64,000 nt of DNA from Yuukianura sp. NJ FZ-2021 (taxonomy: Eukaryota): assembly GCA_046563655.1 (NCBI GenBank), contig CM102290.1, positions 13,392,001-13,456,000 of the forward strand, given 5' to 3'. The position numbers and the translations under genes were made by a program. The notes beneath the pieces were generated by a model that had not been told where the DNA came from, did not search any database, and saw only the letters and a program-made list of their open reading frames with translations. Positions 21,481 to 32,819 of this stretch are shown here, piece after piece; the first letter of the stretch is position 1; every line of letters starts with the position of its first letter.

Positions 21481-24400
21481 TTACAAATATCCGTCCGGCG
21501 TGAGGGTTCGTACGATCCAGTCTGCAAATCTGCCAACTCTGGTGAACAGTGAGTACTGGTGTGAGTTGCATTTATTTGCATTGTCTTCGTCCGGGACTCC
21601 AACGCTGTAAGTACAACAAGTTTAACTAATCTCTGAATTTGCTGCATTGAATTGTTTATTAATAATTAAAAAACCAATTTTTGATTTTTTAAAAAAGATT
21701 TTTGGCACTTTATCAATTTTGATTGGGAAAAATAGAAGTTGTGAAGTTTTACCTTACAACGCCTTGCAAATACCACCGCAGATCGGATCCAGTGCCGCTT
21801 GGAAACACCATTCCACCTCCAGAGTCACCTTAAAACGTAACCAATCGCCGGTAAATCTTAGTTTACCATAACTGTTTACCCTAATTCCTGGCCTATACCA
21901 CGCGCACCTTGTCTCACTTTTTCCGGGTCCAAACTGGTTTAGATCAAAAATATTAAATTCTAATTTGTTTGTTTTTTGTTTTGTCAAAATCGTATTTTTT
22001 TTTGGTTCCATGTGATTTGGTCAGAAAGTGAAAAGATCAAAAGTGAAATGATCAGAAAAAAAAGGTCAGAAAAGGAAGGAATGTAACCAAACCTAACCTG
22101 AGATCTTTTGAATTCTGACCTTTTCACTTCTGATCATTTCACTTCTGACCAAATATTTCTGACCATATCACCTGCTACGTTTTTTTTTAAATCTGGATGT
22201 GTTCATGTTTTTGGATTTGACTGGAGACGGAAATTTAAACGGTGCGTGGTATAGGCGAGGATTTAGAGTAGGGCCTAACTTACTATAATTCACAAGTTCT
22301 TACCATTGCAGACTCCAGTGCCATTCTTGTAGCCAGCACAGAAATTAGTGTAACGTCGATTCTGTTGGAAGAAGGACTGGAAGGAGTCGATGCAGGTTCG
22401 AGAGGAGACGACGGGCAGTTGAGCCATTTTCAACGAATCGCTCAGAGATCCTGTTTCCGTCAATCCGAATCCCACGACCTTGAGAAAATTTTTTACACAA
22501 AAATGAAATTTCGAACTTTGGTATTGGATTTTGGTTTTCAATGATTTTTTTTTTGATTATGCAGATCACCGTTCCTAGATTGCCTTCCTGGACTTGGTAT
22601 TCTTCAATGAGGGAATTATAATTTTCGGGAATACATGCCGGTCGTGTGTAGAAATTGAAGTCGACAGGAGATGACAGAACGATGATGGCAATGTCAGCGT
22701 CAAAACTCAACGGATTGTAGCTGTCTGGGACGAAGATGGACTTCGGTGTGCGAATTTGGACGGGATTGGACTCCGGAGCTTCTATTTGTCTGAAATGCTT
22801 TCCAAGCCCCACAGTCATCGTAGATGTTGGCCGCAGTTGAGAACTTCCTGGAACTGTAACGCAGTGTGCAGCTATGCGTGACCACAAATTCAAAAAAAAA
22901 AAAAAAAACAATGAAATGCCGGGTAATTTTTTGATAGTTCTTTATACTGTTAATTAGTACCTGTCAGTACAGCGTACTGTGAAATGAGTGTACCACCACA
23001 AATGTATGCCGACTTTCTGTCAGAACTGGAAGCGGATGTGTAGATTGTCGCATGCCTAACATATCATTGTCATTCGTTTTGTTAGCAATTGTCTTGTACC
23101 CTAAATTCCCGCATATACTGCGCACTCATGTATAACGCGCATTAACTTTTATTCATAATGCATTATCGATACTAGCAATTTTCAAAGGCACTGTGATCTT
23201 TAGACACTGAAATTGCCTTTGCAAACACCGTTTTGAATCAGCATGAAGTTAGTGTCACGCCAAAAACGTGAGATATTGCGCGGTATATGCGAGGATTTAG
23301 GGTAATTCATGTACATTTTTAGGATTTGGCACAAAATATGCGTACCAAGGCCATTGTCCACGATCTGACGTCTGTCCATTGGTAATTAGAGGCTTCTTGG
23401 GACTGTCTGACCTACCGCAATCTGTCAAGTATGCATAAGCAATACATGTATATAGAGAATCCCAGCTTAGCATCTGTAATCAGGCATATTAAAAGTCAAT
23501 TAACGTCGATTAACGTACCGTTGACACATGTAATTGATCCTTCCGTGCTCCACGTGCCGTCCGGTTTGCACTTTCGGTATCGATATGCCAAATCGGACGT
23601 GGATTTGAAGTATCTGGAACAAGTATGAGCTCATACTAATTAATTCGCTGATTAATTACTAAATGACTTAAATTGCTTTCAATTACTTGGCACATTTGAG
23701 ATGGGCTACAGTATACGGTGGTAGTGGCGGAGATCCGCAGTCTGTAATTTGTCCAGAGGGCGTTCTGCATTCAAAATCTACGCTTTTGGTGCGTTCGAGA
23801 GGTTGACAAGAGACGACATCTTCGTCCTGCATCATAAGAGCCACTCGTTTCTCCGTCGCTGGCTCAAAGACATCCAAAGTTGAGCCGGCAATTCCACGGT
23901 CTTGTTCGAACTGCACCGTGGAATTGGAATCCGACCGCTTTCGACAGCATTTCGGAAATGCAGCGCTCCATTTTCCGCTCGAAGTGCATGCTAGCGTCGC
24001 TTCTCCTCTTAAGGTATAACCTCCGTGACAGAAATAGGAAACTTTCTGCAATTGGAAAAAACTGTTTTCATTTCACAAAATTTCAACAAAAGTTTGTTCA
24101 CCAAAACTTTTTTTGAACTTTTCTTTGTTTAAGGAACTCAAATTTTAAGGGCTAACTCTGCCAATAGGAAATTTGGTGTTGGCGTCTTTCCAACATGGAG
24201 GATCGAATGGATCAACCAGTATCCCACTACAGCCAGATACTTCGTAGTTGCCTAATATAAAATGATATTAAAATTAACTAAAACTAATTATGATTTGAAA
24301 TTAGAACAAAAAATTGTTTAAACAGTAATTCTGCAATATTGAAATTTTAAGCTTACCATTATACGGAGTCTGTGGCAGAGGACATCCCAAAGACGCTGAA

Positions 24401-24554
24401 TAAAATAAAAATTCAAGAACATATAGAAAATTCACCAAACATTGACTAAATAGTGAATTGTTTTTTTCTATTTACCTGAACTGACTAAATTGTGGTGGTT
24501 TAAGTTAACTGTATGCAATGACAACACGAAAAACAGAAGACGGCAAGAGCCCAT
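21481..24554 (-). CDS. Secreted CCP(sushi)/Wonton-like domain trypsin-family serine protease, modular serine protease (modSP/HP14)-like
   Basis: Exons 24554-24476 (signal peptide MGSCRLLFFVLSL...), 24395-24357, 24251-24157, 24045-23687, 23613-23519, 23421-23346, 23055-22961, 22871-22570, 22478-22304, 21828-21753, 21604-21481. CCP motif CPLPQTPYNG...YFCHGGYTLRGEATLACTSSGKWSAAFPKC; zymogen linker DCGRSDSPKKPLITNG; GQWPWH and ICGGTLI; catalytic triad TAAHC / DIA / GDSGG intact. Confidence 0.9.
21877..22270. mobile_element. TA-flanked MITE with a nested foldback MITE (22004-22179) in a protease intron
   Basis: Outer TACCCTAATTCCTGGCCTATACCACGCGCACC / GGTGCGTGGTATAGGCGAGGATTTAGAGTA. Inner GGTTCCATGTGA...AACCTAACCT...TCACCTGCTACG, flanked by T9 on both sides. 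Confidence 0.75.
23097..23304. mobile_element. TA-flanked MITE in a protease intron
   Basis: TACCCTAAATTCCCGCATATACTGCGCA / TGCGCGGTATATGCGAGGATTTAGGGTA. Confidence 0.75.
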
Positions 24555-25354
24555 CTTATTACTGTGGTCACTGCGCACACTAAAAAAATTCAACTGACAA
24601 AACAGTAATGACAACCTTCACATTTGTAATGCTCTAACCTTTATATGTTCCTGTTCTAAACGGAAATTGTTTCTTTTCAAATGGAAATTCCTAATCCTAA
24701 TCCTTAGTTTAAAAAAAACTTTGGAAACGGGTATGGAATTATACGGAATTGGTTTTTGGGAAATATTTGACACTTTGACCAGGAACTCATAGAACAAAAG
24801 GAAAATATTCGTCTTCTGTTGAAATAAACCTGAACTTGTTTTCTCAAGACCTCTTTACGATGGCACAAGTAAGACCAGTGTAATTTGCTATGTATCAATC
24901 ACAATTCACAATTCGCAGTGTTTTAGTGCATAAGTTCAAAACGAATTGCGTTTTTGCCTTTCACTGCCTTCTCTTTTTTGGTCCTGCACAATTTTTTTTT
25001 TCAACCAAAAAATTTTATTTTCAGCTTTTTAGATCTTGAGCAAGTAATTTTATTTTTTTGCGGGATTCCATTTCGTTAAATTTTTTCGTTTTAAGGAAAC
25101 AGTTTTCTTTTGTCAGTTAAATCTTCCTTTCTACTTCACTTTATAAATATAGTTTCCTGGAAGTGATCGTTTTCAGAGATTTTTTTTTTGAAATTTGATT
25201 TTCATAAAGTTATCCTGGATTCTGAAATAAAAAAATATAAAGTCGTCGTGAAGTTGTCACGCACGCATGGAAAAGCCAAGTTCCGGCAGCGTCAACTGAT
25301 GACATTTTCCATGTGTGCTAAAATTTTCACTAGAATGTGCGAATTCCAAGGGCC

Positions 25355-25362
25355 TATAAATA
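25355..25362 (+). promoter_or_regulatory. TATA box candidate for the small secreted-protein gene
   Basis: GGCCTATAAATAGG, about 100 nt upstream of the ATG at 25454. Confidence 0.5.
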
Positions 25363-25453
25363 GGAACGAAATTTGTCTAAAATTATAAACTACATAATCG
25401 TAAAGGAAAAAAGTGTTTTAGTTATTTAGGAGAATTTTTAGAATTTTTAAAAA

Positions 25454-26308
25454 ATGTACAAGTCAGCAGTAATATTACTTTTGGTAAATTAAATTGTAAA
25501 TCAATGTTTAGCTAATTAAGCTATTAATAATTAATAAAGATAAGGATTTGCCATTCAACATTAACATGTCGTGTTTCTTATAGGAACTGTACGCTGTAGC
25601 ACAAGGTTCGGTTCTTCCGGATGTCAATGCAGAATTCATTGAAGCTGCTGAACTGTCACAACTGGAGGCCAGTATAGTTCCTTTGGCAAAGGTTTTAAAT
25701 TCAAATTGGAATTGAAATACTTGATTTAAAAAAAAATGAACGTAAAGTTTCTAACTCGTTTTTTAAATTTGAAGAAACCGGCAGTTCAAACAGGACAATT
25801 GGATGTCAACGACCAAGTGAATCATGCTCTAGAATTGGTTTCAAACCTCGTCGGGATACTTGGCAGTTCTGTCGGAAGTTTGACCTTTGAACTTACTGGA
25901 ATATCCCTCCATGACTGTGCTGCAAACTTCAAGGTTTGGTTTGTTTTAAGAAGCCAAGAAAATTTGAATATGACACAAAATTATGAAAAGTGAACAAATT
26001 TTGAACAATTTGTTCATTTTTCAAGTCAAATTTTCAAAATGAACAAAGTTTGAACAATTTGTTACCTAGGACAAGGATGTGTCCCAAATCAGTTGTGACG
26101 AATTTCTAGACGACCTGAGCAACTGTGAATCTTTGGCTCATATAAAACCGCTTCTCAAATCTGCAAAGAAAAGGTCAAAGGTCACAAAATTCAAACCAAT
26201 TTTTACAGAATTTTTCAAAAAAAAAGTTAACCATTGACAAAATTTTGTTTTAGGTATCATAAAATTAAGGGGAAAGCTGCTTCTCAGAATCCGTGTCGAA
26301 GAAACTAA
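25454..26308 (+). CDS. Putative small secreted protein (~151 aa, 4 Cys), no recognised family
   Basis: Exons 25454-25483 (MYKSAVILLL), 25584-25691, 25775-25933, 26070-26173, 26254-26308. Four GT-AG introns join in frame with no stops. Signal-peptide-like start MYKSAVILLLELYAVAQG; TATAAATA upstream; AATAAA near 26366. Confidence 0.7.
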
Positions 26309-26716
26309 AACGCATAAGAGCAAAGAAAATTTCATAATAGTGACTTTTAGAATTTACGAATTTTGAATAAAAATAAAAAATTGAAAACGATTAAAAAATG
26401 TAAAAGATGGCAAAATACGTGTATTTTTCAATTTTTTTTGTGAAAAGGCGTAGCATGTGCATGACAAACTTTTCAAGCGAATTTCCTCCATCTGCTGGGC
26501 GTTTTGTACTAAACTTGTTTTCCACAGCGGGAATTTTTTGGATCTACATTTATGAAAACAATCAACAATAAAATTGGAGTCAAATTGTTCATTTTTAGCG
26601 ATTGATTCAAAAAATCTGTTTGTAATTTGCTCACAAATCTCGTGAGGTTGAACTTAAAATACTTTTTTAATAGACACAAAGTAGAAAATTCACTCACCAT
26701 TTTTTATTAAATCGTA

Positions 26717-27723
<1,007 letters not shown>

Positions 27724-28111
27724 TAAGTCACACGTCTTCAATTTCTGCTAACCACCAATTCCTCGGGACGTTCACGACTCCATTCTAATCGCTGAATGCT
27801 GCATGTCGCTGCTCATGTTCTTCGTAGTCACACTTACTAAATTACTTCCCACGACATCTAAAACATCAACAATAAGAACATCCACTGTTAGAATCAACAC
27901 TTCACAAGTTCCGGTTTTCAACGTAAACGATTTCTGGTTTTTAATTTATAACTTAACGAAGATTGAAACTGGGAAGAAACATAATCAGTTGATAATAGAT
28001 AATATGGGAAGGAGCGTTTCATTATAACTTAGTTTGCCCCTGCTCTCTGTGGTTCTTTCTTGGTTAGTTTTTGTGGTGATTTGAGTGGACACAATTGCAC
28101 TTCTTGTGAGT

Positions 28112-29925
28112 TTAGGATTTGACCTTTTTCTCTCGCTGAAGGCGCTTGTGGTAGGCTTGAGCCATTGAATTGACGATTGAAATGATGAAGTAAGTCACCA
28201 TACATAGAACCAACTTTTCTAATGCATAGGCGACTAATCCTCCTTCCTGTAATCAAATAACAAGTTTCCAATATTTTACTTCGATTTAAGAACTGAGGGC
28301 ATCAGAGACTACACAAATTGAATAGTATTGGACTTACTGTATTTGAATCTGATGTGTTGTGATGGAGAGATTGCTTTTGGTGGTCCATTAGTTTCATGAA
28401 TGGTTCACTGACTAGAGGGCCAATTTTTGGGACCATACTGATGAGACTAACAGCACTGCCATTTTCAATTGAAATTCAAAAAACAAGCATTAGACGGAAA
28501 CATAAACATTATTATCAGAATAGTACTAGCGAAAGGTACCATCGTAACTATTTGGTTACCTTTTGAGCAGGTCTTCATTGAAAGCCAAGATGACAAATGT
28601 CATTTGAAGATGAGTCTTTACGAATGCTTTACCGATCACCGTAGCGGAAAAGAACGTGGTAAACGGAACCATGAAATGTCCGCAAGTAATTCCAGCGAGA
28701 TCAAATAGGGGGTTTGGAATGGATGCACAAGCCAGAATACCCCAGAACCCCACTTTCTCAACAATATCCTCCATCCACAGTTTTCCACGTTCGAGCCAGC
28801 TCTGGATATTGCAAAACACAAAGCAAGCAATTCCAAATTCAGTTTTTTTTAAAAGTCCAACTTAGTTTTGTTTCATACCAGCGTGGAAGGATCAGCCTTC
28901 TTCTTTCGTTGAAGCTCCTCAAATTCCTCCATTTCCTCGTCATCACAACCCATTCCAGAGATTCTTGCTGCACGGGCCATAAAGTAAGGCGGCAGTTCTC
29001 CCAAAGCAGTTCCAAAACCCCACATCAACGACTCCCACCGAACTTTGGTCATGATGTCCCAAATAGTAATGTCACGTTCCCCTCCAGGTTCAGGACATAT
29101 CACTCTACAAGTTATTTCAAGATTAATTAGTTAACATTAAGATTAATTTGAACATAGTTTCAGGAGAATGACGCTCTTACTGGTCAGGGTAAGGAGGTCT
29201 CGGGAAGTCAGTTGAAGCACATTCATGAGCAGCCACAGTGACTTTGGCAATGAAAGGTCCCAAGTATAAAATGAAAGTATGAAGTCCAGTACCAAGGCCA
29301 ACAGAGGACAGAACGCCCAGAAAAATCCAATAAGTATACCAAGTAATCTGTTCCTTGAGCTACAAATTGAAACCAGAAAACAGTTGAGGAAGATTCAGGA
29401 CAACATGAGATGAAATGAAGAATAGTTTCCAGGTTGTACTGGATACTGCGCAGTATAGTTGAACTAACCTGAGCAGATTTAGCATCCTCTTTGAACGTCC
29501 AAAAGTAAGTTCCATAGGCAATGGATCCCCAGAATAGAAAAATGAGAGCCACGCGTGCCGGAGGAATACTTTTTTTCTTTGGTTCATACAAAGACATTAT
29601 AAATCTGAAAATAAATTTCAAAATTAGTGTCAAACAACAATTCTGACTGTTTTTTCTGTTTACATTCGAACGTGACTTGCCTATCCTTTGCATCTCGAAG
29701 TGAACACGGAATTTCACAGAAGAAGTAGGCCAAAGTGAGGAACGGTTTACGCCAGAGTACGAGGCTGGCCCGGTCTTCCTGTGCAGTTTTCTGGCGCAGA
29801 CGCTCTGCAATTTTCCCATTCGAATTACGACGAGCAGCGGGTTTAGTCGTCTTCACAGGCTTGACAGCAGCTAGCTGAGCTTTTTCTTCAGCTGCCTTTC
29901 GATCCATTTCTTCCAGCCGTTTCAT
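28112..29925 (-). CDS. VMP1: Vacuole membrane protein 1 / Tango5 (DedA-family ER scramblase)
   Basis: Exons 29925-29681, 29604-29469, 29359-29181, 29104-28879, 28801-28560, 28455-28338, 28246-28112. Motifs [56 protein letters not shown] and [18 protein letters not shown]. The first coding intron has a GC donor. Confidence 0.95.
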
Positions 29926-32819
29926 CTATAATTTGGAATTTAAAAAAAGCTAATTAAGTGAATGTTAATGACGACAGTTAATTTAGAATTTAAAAATTTT
30001 GCGAAAAGCTTAGTCTTAAATCAGCGCAGCGGCGGCGTCGGAACAAATGATTGTTAGTTATTTACAACGGAGCGACCTGTATCCTGGGAAACCGTTTTAC
30101 TATTCATTTCTCTGAAATTCAACTTTTACATTCGAAATTTTTAACGGTTTCTAAGCAATTTCAACAACCAATACCAAAACCGTTGCTATCAATTACACAT
30201 GACGCATCCTAATTCCAGCCAATGAGAGTAAGAAATTAAGTAAAGTGAATTTGATGAGAATCTTACCCTGGGAAATTCACAATCACAAAGAAGTGATTTT
30301 CTTATAGGGATAACAGTATCCTCAGGATCAAGATTTAGTATAATATGCATTAATAATATGAGAAGAAATTATTATTTAAGTCTTAATGGTTCTACTACCG
30401 ATGGTAGTTACTCAACTATTTAAAATAAATACGAATATAATACTGCGAGAACTGTCACATAATTATGTTAGACGCTGCAACGCAGAACTAATTCGAGGAC
30501 CAAACGCCAATGTCGTCGTACTCAAGAAGGTTATATTAACTGGAGTTAAAAATTAAACAGGAAGGAGGGTGCTCAGCTGAATGAGCAGTTAAAGTCATGC
30601 GTTAGAAGCAGAGCAAAAACTAGTCAGGGATGAGGCATTAACTGATAATTAATGATTTACTTGAAGTTATCAAGTGAAGTGTGGCTTCTAAATGGTCAAT
30701 AAGATGTCCTGACGAGTTCCTCAGAGATCTTTGTACTCCAGCAAGATAAACCTTGTCCAGGAGGTCAACGTCAGCCGAGGAATCCAGTCATTGGCACTCA
30801 ATTTTTGGATTCATACAAATAGCTAGTAAAAAAATCAAAGTTTAGAACTCAATTGACAGTACTTTGCTTGTTTTTATAGCCCTTATCAGTGACTACGAAC
30901 GCAAGACTTCACGCTTTCAGCTGAGCTTTCCCACACTCCTAACATAACCTGTAACCATGTCACTTTTTAAAAGAAAAGCGTCTTAACAGGAATTACCGGG
31001 AAATGCCGAATCCGGCTTAGCAGCACCCAATCAACAAAATTAACTAGCGAAACGGATTGACGGTAAACATATATAGCTTGCCACTAACTACTTAAATAAC
31101 AAAATCCTGGCGCCGATCCGGTTCAGACGGAACACGGAACGTGTCAGTACAACATTGAAGTACATTTGACCCCTAAAAAGATAAGGCAAACGGTTACTAC
31201 AACATAAAATATGTCAAGAACCAATTGCTTTATCATAATGTCCTGACTATAAATAAATCGGAATCAAGTCTTATTTACAATATGAATTGAGTAAAAACGA
31301 AAATACAGAACGATTACCCACCGATGGGCCGATTGCCGATTGTGCCACGTACTGTTGCGTAAACCGTTTAACTTGTACTTAAAGGAAAGTCAATTACTTA
31401 TGTCTACGTCAACTAAACTAAAACAACTAACCATGTGTTCTGGGGATCCACTAGGATTGGTAACCCCACGTTTCCGTAGCTCCCATTTCAGATTCTCTAC
31501 CTCCTTCTGTTTCGAGTTCTTCTTATTCTTCTTTTTAACCATGTTTCCCGTACTAATGTCAGATGATCTCCAACTAAAATATGAATAGTCACAAAAAATT
31601 AGTCAGCGAGAGTACAACTTATCTCGGATGCGTACTAAAACCACAATACTTACATAAGTAGTAGTAATGACAATTGACAAGTACAAATTCCTTACTGCCG
31701 GTTTCTACAAACGATTACTTTTCGTTAAGCTGTCGTTGTATTCCGCAAGACGAAGACGAACAATTGAAGTGGCCAGCGATTGACGTGGATCTTCCTTCAG
31801 AAGTTAGTTAACTTCTTTGTTTTAGTCAAAAGCAAAACTGCTCACCATTTTCATTAGTTCACCATGTTCAAAGGAAAATGAGAGTAAGTGAGCAGAGCTT
31901 TTACTAAATCTTAAAAAAGTGACAAATCACTAAATCTCATTTTGAAACTCCCGCCCGGACCGGCACCGAAATTCGGAGAAAGCGTCACCACCTGATGCTT
32001 CTTTAATGTCTTTTCGGACTATTCAAACTTTTTGGAAACAATAATCCTAATTTCTGGACTTGTGTTTTGATTTTTTTTTGATTTGGGAAAAAAAGTTGGA
32101 TTTGAAATGTCGGAGAAAGTGAAAAATTCGTGCATTTGAACTTCCAGTACTTCTAGTTTTGAATTTCACATGAACGCCCCAATGAAACCCACCAAAACGT
32201 GATCCCACCATTCGTGGCAACATTTTGGTGTAAGCCCAAAGCGGCAGTAGCTCTTGGGAAAAAATTTCAAGAGTTGGATTTGAAATGTCGGAAAAAGTGA
32301 AAAATTTGTGCATTTCAACTTCAAGTGTTTCTAATTTTGAATTTCAAAGAAAACAATCGCTTTTTCTCGGACGAAGAGTCTAAATTGTGTTTAGGACAGT
32401 CGAACGGGCATGGGGCGAAGCCCCAGCAAGAAAGCGAAGCATTCTTCTTATGTGTTTCTTTTAAATAAAAAATCCACGTCTCACGTAATTTTTGAATAAA
32501 GTAAAATCTTATTTTTTTTAGACAAATCGCAACACTTGATAGCATTTGAACAGGAAAATGAACAGTATATTTAGCGCATAATCTCATTTGAAATAGAGAA
32601 CAATTTCCATTTTCCAATAATTCAATAGAGTTAGTTACATATATGTTCGTTCACAATTCATGATAAAAATACAGGATTCAATATTCATTTGTTATAATAT
32701 ATTTTTTTACATCATCTCTAGTACAATTATTCTCCATGTCGATTGATAACCAAGAGACATCAAACGTCTTCAGTTTCTTCGTCTCAACCTTTTTTCATAA
32801 GTTTGTTGGATCGTGGATC

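Noticed and set aside
30785..30800. In-frame TGA after Cys-Gln (minus strand) read as selenocysteine
   Set aside because: No recognisable selenoprotein fold or SECIS element, and neighbouring segments contain other stops.
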